A stretch of DNA of 64,000 nt from Nitrososphaeria archaeon (GTDB taxonomy: Archaea > Thermoproteota > Nitrososphaeria > JACIWG01): positions 18,448-82,447 of the forward strand of contig CAVXDT010000003.1 in NCBI GenBank assembly GCA_963760525.1. The letters run 5' to 3'. The notes beneath the pieces were generated by a model. That model saw nothing but the letters and a program-made list of their open reading frames with translations. It searched no databases and was not told the origin of the DNA. The first letter of the stretch is position 1. Each line of letters opens with the position of its first letter. The position numbers and the translations under genes were made by a program. Shown here piece by piece: positions 50,636 through 58,954 of the stretch.

Positions 50636-51031
50636 CTAGTTTTGATTATGTATCAAAGCTCTCTTATCTGTCATGTTGACCTTGGAAACTTCCTTTTGCC
50701 TCGATAAATACTCTTCTCGTGGAGGACTAAATACGTCTAGGAAAATTCCAGGCTTGTCGCTAATGACCTTGACACCATGTTTTTCGTTGGATGGTATCCA
50801 ATATACCATGCCAGCTTTGACAATTGTCATCTTACCACCATTGCTAAACTCTGCTTTGCCTTCTAGACAGATGCCCATCTGCTCATGTGGGTGACTATGC
50901 TCAGGAACAACCCCATTAGGTTCAATTTCGACATGCACAAATGTTAATCTCTTACCGCTAAGTAAAACCTTGCCAACAACCTTCTCAAAAAGAGGAAATC
51001 CCCTGATATCTTCCTTTTGCACAATTTGCAT
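50636..51031 (-). CDS. Cupin-domain protein
   Basis: Cupin motif 1 is PNGVVPEHSHPHEQMG. Motif 2 is GMVYWIPSNEKHGV. Confidence 0.75.
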   Translation of the reverse strand: MQIVQKEDIRGFPLFEKVVGKVLLSGKRLTFVHVEIEPNGVVPEHSHPHEQMGICLEGKAEFSNGGKMTIVKAGMVYWIPSNEKHGVKVISDKPGIFLDVFSPPREEYLSRQKEVSKVNMTDKRALIHNQN

Positions 51032-51150
51032 CTAATCCACCTCTGTGTTCTTATAACATTCTATTCAAGCATATAATTAAATCTATAGTAAATACAACCT
51101 TCAAGACAAAGACTTTATATTCAAAGCTTTGCACATGGCTTCAGAGCTAC

Positions 51151-52377
51151 GTGAAGAAGAGGCATGTAATTGTCATCAGCGCCAGTTTACTTCTAGCCAT
51201 TATTGCAATTGGATTCTGTGTTCAACCTCAACTCTTTCCCCGACTGTTAGAGTCTTCCTATGAGAAGGAGGTTAGAAGTCTCTTCAATAAAGTTCAAACC
51301 GACGTCTCAAAGTTGCGAGGGTTTTCCCCTCCAAAGGATGTCAAACTAGAAATTGTCAGTATCGAATTCTTCAAGTCTGATACCAAGGAGAATCTGGAGA
51401 AAAGTGACCTTCTGAAGGCGCAAGAAGCTCTATACAAATCCCTCCTTATAGTGCCTAAGAATTTCTCTCTACTAGATAAGAAGGTCAGTGAGGCTGGAAG
51501 AACCTTAGCTGCATCTTCAGGAAAAACATTGTATGTTGTAAAAGAATACTTTGATCCCACAGATAGGAGACAGGCTCTGCGAACTCTAGCTCATGAATAT
51601 ACCCACATTCTCCAATTCGATCACCTTCCGCAGAAGAGTATTCGGACAGAAGATGAGCTTCGAGCATGGACCGCTTTCATAGAAGGTGAGGCGGACTTAG
51701 TTGCAGACCTGTATATTTCAAAAGAAATGAATGAAAATTTCTCACCTCGTATACCTCCATCCCCGACATCCAAACCCCATGATGCAAGCGATGGTTGGGT
51801 ATTAGATCAGATCTTCGCCTTCCCCTATCTTTATGGCGAGAACTTCGTTTACCAACTTTTCCAAAATGGAGGATGGGAAGAAGTGAATAGAGCCTATCAT
51901 CATGTCCCATCATCAACAGCAGACATACTCCATCCCATTCGCTATCTTAATGGTTCTGAACCTTCTGTGCCATCTAATCCTCTGCCAGTGCGTCAAGGCT
52001 GGTCTTTATACTATCCTGAGAGACTTGGAGAATATTTTATACGAACCACGTTACTCCAAGAACTCCCGCCATCCTCTGTCGTAAATGCTTCGGCTGATTG
52101 GGTTGGAGATAATTCCACGCTCTATCTCAATGATAATACATACCTATTATTCTGGAAGAGCATATGGAAAGATGAATACTCGGCTTCCAATATTGAGGAG
52201 ATTATTTTAGATTTAATCAAAGCGAAAGGTGGTATAGAACTAAATGACGTCTTCTGGGATATTGATGGAAGACTGATAGCTATGAAATGCGTCGGGCAAA
52301 CAGTGACTCTGATTGGCTCATCTGACATAAATATCTTGATGGAGGAGGTCGAATCGGAGTTCGGAAGCCACAGTTAG
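51151..52377 (+). CDS. Membrane-anchored or secreted hypothetical protein with an HExxH motif (putative zinc metalloprotease)
   Basis: An N-terminal TM/signal helix (VIVISASLLLAIIAIGF), LAHEYTHILQ and a downstream EGEAD. GTG start. Confidence 0.45.
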   Translation: MKKRHVIVISASLLLAIIAIGFCVQPQLFPRLLESSYEKEVRSLFNKVQTDVSKLRGFSPPKDVKLEIVSIEFFKSDTKENLEKSDLLKAQEALYKSLLIVPKNFSLLDKKVSEAGRTLAASSGKTLYVVKEYFDPTDRRQALRTLAHEYTHILQFDHLPQKSIRTEDELRAWTAFIEGEADLVADLYISKEMNENFSPRIPPSPTSKPHDASDGWVLDQIFAFPYLYGENFVYQLFQNGGWEEVNRAYHHVPSSTADILHPIRYLNGSEPSVPSNPLPVRQGWSLYYPERLGEYFIRTTLLQELPPSSVVNASADWVGDNSTLYLNDNTYLLFWKSIWKDEYSASNIEEIILDLIKAKGGIELNDVFWDIDGRLIAMKCVGQTVTLIGSSDINILMEEVESEFGSHS

Positions 52378-52773
52378 CATGACAGTCCTAAGAAGGCAAA
52401 TCGTGGCCTTTTCTTTTTTTCTTAAACTAGATTAAACCTGTGATTTGTGTAAATATTATTATGCCAAGAATTGCGGCAGTCAACCAAAAGGAGATCATAA
52501 TGCGCATCCATCTTCCCAAAAAGCATTTGACTTTATCCTTGAGGAAGTTTGTTCGGGTGAAGCTTTTTCGATATCTTGAAGTGTGACCACATATCCCTTT
52601 AAAACCAAAAATGCAACCCAACTGTGACCTATCATAATCGCTCCAAAGCATAATATCATGGGATTTAACGGATAGAACTAGAGCAGGCAATAAAATTTTT
52701 GAAATGATATAAAAAAATCCAAATCAAAACAAGTTTTTGTCAAACAGGAAAAATGAGACATCTGAATTTGTCG

Positions 52774-53007
52774 TTATTCTCCCATAGCAACCAGCGTAAG
52801 GGTTGAACGTACTTTATCTAAACGCCTAATTTTGAAACTCACTATATCTTTCAGTTTACTCATCGAGTCTGCTTGAACTTTAACTATGACATCATAAACA
52901 CCATACACAAAATAAGCTTCCCGCACTCCTTCGATCTCCTTGAGTTCTTTGAGAACCTCCTGTTCTGCCCCTGAATCTACATTTATGAACAAGTATGCCG
53001 TTCGCAT
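52774..53007 (-). CDS. Stand-alone Lrp/AsnC-type ligand-binding (RAM) domain protein
   Basis: A 77-aa alpha/beta sandwich-like sequence AYLFINVDSG...VREAYFVYGVYDVIVKVQADSMSKLKDIV typical of AsnC_trans_reg domains. ATG at 53007. Confidence 0.65.
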   Translation of the reverse strand: MRTAYLFINVDSGAEQEVLKELKEIEGVREAYFVYGVYDVIVKVQADSMSKLKDIVSFKIRRLDKVRSTLTLVAMGE

Positions 53008-53187
53008 TATTGTCAACTCGGAGCATAAACAAGGATATTAAACTTTTCTTCTAAGAAAAAATCCAGTTCGAATAATGTAATTGAATCCAATTGGGACCTT
53101 ATAAAGTCTAAATGAAGCTACATTGTTCCTACTGCATCGCACTCTTCACAAGTATTCCATGAAAATATTCCGGATATGCTTGTAAAG

Positions 53188-53991
53188 TCAAAGTATGTAT
53201 GAAGGTCTTCTTTCTCGCTGCCTTCTTAGGGTCTCGGTGGAATCGTCGGGTTGAAGCTGATCCATTGTTTCCTTTTCAAGCTGAATTTTGAAGGATTCAG
53301 CTTCACTCTTTAGGTCTTCTAAGTCGAGTTTCAAACCGATGAGTTCAGTGATCTTCTTAAGCATGAAATATATGGCAACTGGATACGATCCTTTAACATA
53401 CATTGGGACTGCACACCATAGACTTACAACATCGATTTTACTCTCTCTGCTTCTCCAGAGTATCTCACTGTATACGCTGGTCGGACCTTCATAGCTAGTA
53501 AGCTCAACTTCAGCTTTCTTGAGCTCTCCAAGGAGCTTCTTGTTGTTAGTTGATGCTGTTATTGGTGTTTTAATCTGATGTGAAATGTCTGCGAGATATC
53601 CTCCTATCGTATAGATTCTCCCAACATCTGTTTCCTCAGCCAACTTATGTACATTTTTAGCATATCTTGGCCAGTCAAGATGTGGCTCAGAACCAAGAAG
53701 CAGTACTAAATCTGTCCCACTTTCCTTGTTCTTCCAGTAAAGAAGATCATTTCTAGGAGAAACATATGATTGCATAAGGCCATGCTCTATCAAGACAGTC
53801 GGTCTCTGAATGAAGTAATCGTGAAATTTCTCATGTGGAATATCACCAAATTTCTTAGCGCTCAACTTTTCTGCTAAATATTTAACAGCTAATGTTGAGA
53901 CTTCTCCACCGTTCCCCCATCCACTTAAACCTACGATCATGTTGGCTTTGTGGAGCTTAATCTTCTTATTTATCCTAATCTCTGCATTCAT
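53188..53991 (-). CDS. PAC2-family proteasome assembly chaperone-like protein
   Basis: MIVGLSGWGNGGEVS near the N-terminus and the overall length are typical of archaeal PAC2 (ATP-grasp-like) proteins. Assigned by resemblance. Confidence 0.5.
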   Translation of the reverse strand: MNAEIRINKKIKLHKANMIVGLSGWGNGGEVSTLAVKYLAEKLSAKKFGDIPHEKFHDYFIQRPTVLIEHGLMQSYVSPRNDLLYWKNKESGTDLVLLLGSEPHLDWPRYAKNVHKLAEETDVGRIYTIGGYLADISHQIKTPITASTNNKKLLGELKKAEVELTSYEGPTSVYSEILWRSRESKIDVVSLWCAVPMYVKGSYPVAIYFMLKKITELIGLKLDLEDLKSEAESFKIQLEKETMDQLQPDDSTETLRRQRERRPSYIL

Positions 53992-54166
53992 AAAATCTTC
54001 TCCAAATTAAAATTAAAGGTGGAGTAAATAAATACTTATTCGTTTAAGATGAATCATTTACGTGATTATCTGTCAGAAGCCTTTACTTTAGGGAGAATCT
54101 AAAATATTTTTCGAGGAGAATCCCATTTTATTTGTTCTTCTGGACATAAGTCTTATAAAGAAAACG

Positions 54167-55126
54167 GTGCTAGTTTCTCACATGAGAAAACTGACTGTAG
54201 ATGATCAAAAGGAATTCTATTATACTATAAGCCCACAAAACAAACCAAGACTATATATAGACATAGGAGAAACTATTATCGTAGAAACTGAAGATGCGTC
54301 ATCAGGTCACATAAGAAAGCTTGGAGACAAGAGAGATTATGTCAAGATACCTTATTCAAATCCTCAGTCTGGACCGATCTTTGTCAACAGTGCTGAAAAG
54401 GGAGACACCCTTGTAGTGGAAGTGCTTAAAATAAGCCCAAAAATCGGCCAAGGTATCACAAGACTAGCACCATGGTGGTCGTATCTCGGTCACAGAGAAT
54501 CTAATATGGTACTGTCGAATTTCGTAGAATCACATGTTCCTGATGGCTTAAAAATTATTCCGATTAAGGGGAAAAAAGTATACTTTGGCAAACTAGCTCT
54601 CCCATACAATCCTATGATAGGAACAATAGGCACCGCCCCTGAACTTGAAGGAATATCGACAACTTTTCCTGGTCCCCACGGAGGCAATATGGACCTTGCA
54701 TGCATAACTCATGGTTGCAAGCTCTATCTTCCAGTAAAAGTTAAGGGTGCACTTCTTCACTTGGGAGATGCACATGCTATTCAGGGTGATGGAGAAATAT
54801 CAAGTGTAGCTGTTGAAATGCCGGCTGAAATCACAATAAAAATTGACCTAGTAAAGGAAAAGACAATTGAATGGCCAAGAGTTGAAGATGATGATTTAAT
54901 CATGAGTGTGGCTTGTACAGGAACTGGTCGTGGCTTAGAAGAAACAATAAGACTGGCATATGTGAATCTGACCGGTTGGATGCAAGAGTATGGAATAGAT
55001 AAATGGGAAGCTTGGGAACTCTGCAGTCTCTTAGGCAAAATCACACTTGGAAACATCTGGTGTGTAGCAGCTGGTTTTCCCAAGAAATATCTAAACAACG
55101 TCTTTCTGCCGAAAATCAAACAATAG
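54167..55126 (+). CDS. Acetamidase/formamidase family amidohydrolase
   Basis: GPIFVNSAEKGDTLVVEVL, FPGPHGGNMD and HLGDAHAIQGDGEIS motifs of the FmdA_AmdA family. GTG start, with an ATG at 54182. Confidence 0.8.
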   Translation: MLVSHMRKLTVDDQKEFYYTISPQNKPRLYIDIGETIIVETEDASSGHIRKLGDKRDYVKIPYSNPQSGPIFVNSAEKGDTLVVEVLKISPKIGQGITRLAPWWSYLGHRESNMVLSNFVESHVPDGLKIIPIKGKKVYFGKLALPYNPMIGTIGTAPELEGISTTFPGPHGGNMDLACITHGCKLYLPVKVKGALLHLGDAHAIQGDGEISSVAVEMPAEITIKIDLVKEKTIEWPRVEDDDLIMSVACTGTGRGLEETIRLAYVNLTGWMQEYGIDKWEAWELCSLLGKITLGNIWCVAAGFPKKYLNNVFLPKIKQ

Positions 55127-55450
55127 AACGCATATCAAGAAGATAACTCTACAAAAGATTCTGACTTTTTTTATGATCCTCTCAAGTCCCATCCTATCTC
55201 TCCCATTTTTTGAAGTTGGTAGGGCTCCTAAAGTTTACCTCTGAAGTAAGTACCTTCAACTCTTCTACTCTGGCTATAACTTTGCAGCTCTCCAATTCAA
55301 ATTCAATGTAAAGAAGTTTCAAAAAGAACTAAAGGAAAGATGTATCCTTTAGAGTTCTTAACTTGACGCAATATTGTTTTTGGTGCTTGACGCATGATTT
55401 ACTTGATAAGTTATAGAGCTCTGTTGATCTATATCGTTAGTAGCTACTTG

Positions 55451-55915
55451 TTAGTAGCCGCCGCCTCTGTATCCTCTTCCGCCATAGCCTCCACGGCCTC
55501 CTCCTCCTCTATAAGGACGGTATTGTTGTTCGTAAACCTTTTCGGATAGGTTATTGTCCGTTTTGACTTCGACCGCTAGTGGTTCCTTTGCAGCCTCTAC
55601 GGTTCCATCTCTACCAATATTGAGACGCATGTTACCTTTGAAAAGATTTACATAGCCATTTCCAATACTAATAGTCTCGCCAACATTTACTTTATCGATG
55701 TTGCTGTCCCAAAGTGTTAGAATAATGCATCCTGTTTCATCGCCAACAACAGTATCGCATACTCGGTGTGGTGACCCATCTCTTCCAGAAACTATATCTC
55801 TGACTTCACTCTTTGATACTACCTTTGCTGTAACATTTACTGCTTTTGAATTAAGGGTTAATTCCCCTACCTTTGCGTTTATAGGCTGTCTATTTCCTAA
55901 ATAACTTCCTGACAA
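55451..55915 (-). CDS. ssb: Single-OB-fold ssDNA-binding protein (Sulfolobus-type SSB) with a C-terminal RGG/YGG tail
   Basis: VGDETGCIILTLWD and NLFKGNMRLNIG match the crenarchaeal SSB OB-fold as I recall it. The tail is YRGGGGRGGYGGRGYRGGGY. TTG start. Confidence 0.75.
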   Translation of the reverse strand: MSGSYLGNRQPINAKVGELTLNSKAVNVTAKVVSKSEVRDIVSGRDGSPHRVCDTVVGDETGCIILTLWDSNIDKVNVGETISIGNGYVNLFKGNMRLNIGRDGTVEAAKEPLAVEVKTDNNLSEKVYEQQYRPYRGGGGRGGYGGRGYRGGGY

Positions 55916-56206
55916 GATTTCTCAACCTTTTCCTCTATAGCATGTAGTCTAAGACATAATCATTTAAGGCTTTTGGCAAGATGCTCATAACGGAACCTTA
56001 AAAGGGGATGTGGAATCTTTTATGTCGACTTCATTCCTCGCTAGGTCTTGTCTAAATGTATATCCCTTGATTGTATTATATTCAAATGTATACCAGAATC
56101 ATCGACTTGAGAGGCTAATCGTTAGGTTTTGAAGTAGCTTAGAATTCTCTAATTTTAGTGGAGGATTTAGGTCGAATTTATAACATCCTGTCTTCCTAAT
56201 TACGCA

Positions 56207-56830
56207 GTGGCCGTCAGTTTGATCAAAGCAATAGTCTTTGATTTAGGTGGAGTCTACTTTGAAGATGGCACGACCAGGGCTATGAAGAAGTTTGAAAAAA
56301 TACTCAATTTACAAGCAGAGGAACTCAACGAGGTTTTTGGAGAGCAAGGTTATGGTCGTGACTACAGGTTAGGAAAGATCAATGAAAGCGAATTTTGGGG
56401 TGCTGCCAGAGAATCCTTGAACTTGGACCCTAGCATGATTAAAAGATTAAAAGAGATATGGCATTCATCGTATACACAAAATAAAAGTATGAAGACCTTG
56501 GTGAGAAAGCTAAGGAAAGATCATAAAATGGCTGTTCTCTCGAACAATATTAGAGAGAGGGTCCAATATCTGAACAGGAAGTATAATTTGAACAAGGAGT
56601 TTGATTACTATGTATACTCATTTAAATATGGTCTTATGAAACCGGATAGTAGACTCTTGGGAATACTGCTCCGAAAACTGCAAGTTGAACAAGACGAAGT
56701 AGTCATTATCGATAATTCAGCCATCAACATTGAAACCTTCAGAACACTAGGTGCTAAAACAATTCTTTTCCGATCAGTAAGCCAGCTCAAAAGAGAATTA
56801 TCAAATCTGCTACAAGATGAAGGATGCTAA
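56207..56830 (+). CDS. HAD-superfamily hydrolase
   Basis: Motif I AIVFDLGGV, LSNN (motif II) and a distal IIDNS. GTG start. Confidence 0.65.
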   Translation: MAVSLIKAIVFDLGGVYFEDGTTRAMKKFEKILNLQAEELNEVFGEQGYGRDYRLGKINESEFWGAARESLNLDPSMIKRLKEIWHSSYTQNKSMKTLVRKLRKDHKMAVLSNNIRERVQYLNRKYNLNKEFDYYVYSFKYGLMKPDSRLLGILLRKLQVEQDEVVIIDNSAINIETFRTLGAKTILFRSVSQLKRELSNLLQDEGC

Positions 56831-57208
56831 TGGCGACTTTCCAGTCAGGCCTAAAGTAGGTACATATACGGTGATGAAACTGATTCTTGTCAGTGGATGG
56901 GTTTTAGCCGAGTATTTTCCAATAATATGCCAAATTGTATCTAGATTAGATAACTATTTTGAATATTTCTGTGGATACTTAGTTGAAATGACCTAATTGA
57001 CTCGCATTTCTATTCCGAATATCTTCAATCTTAGTCTTGGCTCGATTCTTTGAGAGAAATATTATTACATACGTGTTAGATATGTCCTATGCTTACATAG
57101 AGATATCCAAAATGTTTAAATAAAATGCATATCTGTCGGAAATCGAATAAAGCAAGGAAGCTTTCTTCTTCCCAAGGATCATCTCCGGGAAAAATCAGAA
57201 TCCTGAAA

Positions 57209-57218
57209 GAGGTGATCC
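57209..57218 (+). promoter_or_regulatory. Extended Shine-Dalgarno sequence (GAGGTGATCC) ahead of rtcB
   Basis: This 10-nt stretch is complementary to the conserved 16S rRNA 3' end (...GGAUCACCUC). The ATG at 57222 follows 3 nt later. Confidence 0.5.
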
Positions 57219-57221
57219 AAG

Positions 57222-58726
57222 ATGGCAAGATATGCACCTGTAAAAATATCAGAAGTGGAATATGAAATTCCTAAATCAGCTAAAGAGGGGATGCGTGTCC
57301 CGGTCCGAATATATGCAAATCATCAATTACTGCAAAAGATGACTGAAGATAGAACTATAGAGCAAGCAATAAATGTAGCTCATTTGCCTGGAATACAGAA
57401 GTTTTCTATTGTCCTCCCCGATGGCCACGAATAGAGCTTAAACTCTCGTGAGGGCTATGGTTTTCCAATTGGGGGGGTTGCAGCAACAAACTATGATAAC
57501 GGAGTCGTCTCTCCTGGGGGTGTCGGCTATGACATTAAGGAAGTCGAGAGCCTTAAAGCTTTCACTTTCGTGTAAACTGCGGAGTTCGCATTATCCGCAC
57601 CGATCTCTCGGTAAGCGATGTTCGTCCGAAGCTTAAAGAGCTAGTGCACAGGCTGTCAATAGAAGTTCCAAGTGGCTTAGGTAGTAAAGGTCAGGTTAGA
57701 CTAAGTTCCAGTGGCCTAGATGATGTACTGAATGAGGGTGTTGACTGGGCTGTAACAAATGGATATGGTTTTTCAGAGGATATAGAATTCTGTGAAGAGA
57801 ATGGGCATATGAAGTCAGCTGATGCTAGTGCGGTCAGTCCTATGGCAAGGCAGCGTGGAGCTCCACAAGTAGGCACTTTAGGCAGTGGGAACCATTTCTT
57901 GGAAATAGGTGTTGTTGACAGAATATTCAACGAGAATGCTGCGAAAGCTTTCGGTATCGTTGGCGCTGGTCAGATTATGTTGTGGGTTCATACTGGCAGC
58001 CGTGGTCTAGGACATCAGGTTTGTAGCGATTATCTTAGAGTAATGGAACAGGCTTCCCGCCATTACAATATTGTGTTGCCTGATCGTGAGCTTGCCAGCG
58101 TTCCCGTCCAAAGTAATGAGGGTGAAAGATATCTACGTGCCATGGCCGCTGCTGCGAATTTTGCTTGGGCTAACCGTCAGATGATTACTCATTGGATGCG
58201 TAGAGCATTTTCAAAAACCTTTAGCGTAGATGAAAGGGAATTGAAACTAGTATATGACGTTGCTCATAATATTGCTAAGGTTGAAGAACATGATATTGAC
58301 GGAAAAAAGATGAAGGTTGTTGTTCATCGCAAGGGTGCTACTAGGGCATTCCCTAAAGGTAAGAACGAGGTTCCTCTAAAGTACCGCGATCTTGGCCAAC
58401 CTGTTCTTATCCCCGGTTCCATGGGTACATCAAGTTGGGTCTTGTTAGGTAATGAACTGTCGATGCAGAAGAGTTTTGGTAGTACTGCTCATGGTGCAGG
58501 TCGTATGATGAGTCGCGCTGGTGCTCTCAGAGCAAAAAGTGGCTTTGAGGTTAAGAGAGACCTAGAGCATCGCGGCATATTATTGGAAGCTGCTGACATC
58601 AAAGTCGTAAGCGAGGAAGCTCCTGAAGCGTACAAGGACGTTGACATGGTTGCTGAAGTGTCTGATAATGTTGGTATTGCAACTAAAGTCGCTAGGATTG
58701 TTCCCATAGGTGTGGTCAAAGGTTAA
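57222..58726 (+). CDS. rtcB: RNA-splicing ligase RtcB, encoded in three exons (57222..57431, 57453..57537, 57576..58726). The spliced product is 481 aa.
   Basis: The three consecutive ORFs carry RtcB sequence in colinear order. Exon 1 ends ...SIVLPDGHE. Exon 2 encodes [28 protein letters not shown]. Exon 3 continues NCGVRIIRT...GSGNHFLE...[11 protein letters not shown]...[10 protein letters not shown]...HRKGATRA...GSTAHGAGR... Removing 21 nt and 38 nt restores one continuous frame. Confidence 0.85.
57432..57452 (+). other. BHB (bulge-helix-bulge) intron 1 in rtcB, 21 nt
   Basis: Outer helix AUGGC (57421-25) pairs with GCUAU (57454-58). The central 4-bp helix is CACG (57426-29) with CGUG (57447-50). 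The 3-nt bulges are AAU (57430-32) and AGG (57451-53). The inner helix is AGAG/CUCU with loop CUUAAA. Cutting after the 2nd bulge nucleotide on each strand removes exactly 57432-57452, whose first codon is the in-frame TAG. Confidence 0.75.
57538..57575 (+). other. BHB-type intron 2 in rtcB, 38 nt (relaxed form with a weak outer helix)
   Basis: The central 4-bp helix is ACAU (57532-35) with GUGU (57570-73). The 3-nt bulges are UAA (57536-38) and AAA (57574-76). The inner helix is 6+6 bp, GGAAGU(C)GAGAGC with GCUUUCACUUUC, with loop CUUAAA. Cutting after the 2nd bulge nucleotide removes 57538-57575 and yields GAC AUU AAC UGC, which is D-I-N-C. Confidence 0.7.
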
Positions 58727-58738
58727 TAGCACGTGAAC

Positions 58739-58753
58739 TGTCAAAAATTGACA
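58739..58753 (+). terminator. Perfect hairpin TGTCAA-AAA-TTGACA 13 nt after the rtcB stop, followed by T-runs
   Basis: The palindrome was read directly. An oligo-T stretch (TTATTTTTTC) follows at about 58776-58786. Archaeal termination typically uses oligo-T, so the role of the hairpin is uncertain. Confidence 0.25.
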
Positions 58754-58954
58754 AATAGGAGGATTTTGGCCTTAACTTATTTTTTCTAGCCTATTTATTC
58801 TATAGAATAAATATGTAAACTCAATCATTCCTTGCATTGAGTTAGAAATAAATATTGTCATAGTCTATTATCCGATTCCTAAGCAGAATCAACGAAAATT
58901 CGAATCTCTGCTTTTCTTTTAAATCCTTTCTAACACTTAACTATCTTTCTAGAG

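Noticed and set aside
52427-52690. 87-aa minus-strand ORF with one C-terminal hydrophobic helix
   Set aside because: It has a TTG start, no motifs and no recognisable ribosome-binding site. I cannot support it as a gene and left it unannotated.
56860-56920. Possible C/D-box sRNA (GTGATGA at 56866 followed by CTGA)
   Set aside because: The CTGA lies only 2 nt after the C-box-like element. No C'/D' pair or terminal D box with the proper spacing of about 12 nt was found. A similar ATGATGA on the minus strand near 39375-39395 also lacks a D box.
57432-57575. Inteins or programmed ribosomal frameshifting as the explanation for the split rtcB
   Set aside because: The insertions are far too short for inteins, which need more than 130 aa. 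The first contains an in-frame TAG with no slippery sequence. The second would require skipping 38 nt.
57222-58726. rtcB as an ordinary pseudogene (stop plus frameshift) or a sequencing-error artefact
   Set aside because: The disruptions are discrete insertions of 21 and 38 nt, not point lesions. The flanking codons are perfectly conserved. Each insertion is delimited to the nucleotide by the cleavage sites of a foldable BHB motif. An assembly error cannot be fully excluded without reads, so this remains a listed refutation test.
58885-58900. TTCGAATC, a T-loop-like sequence suggesting a tRNA
   Set aside because: No flanking T-stem, acceptor stem or anticodon arm can be drawn, and the surrounding sequence is AT-rich spacer. 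I saw no tRNA anywhere in the window, but a covariance scan was not possible.
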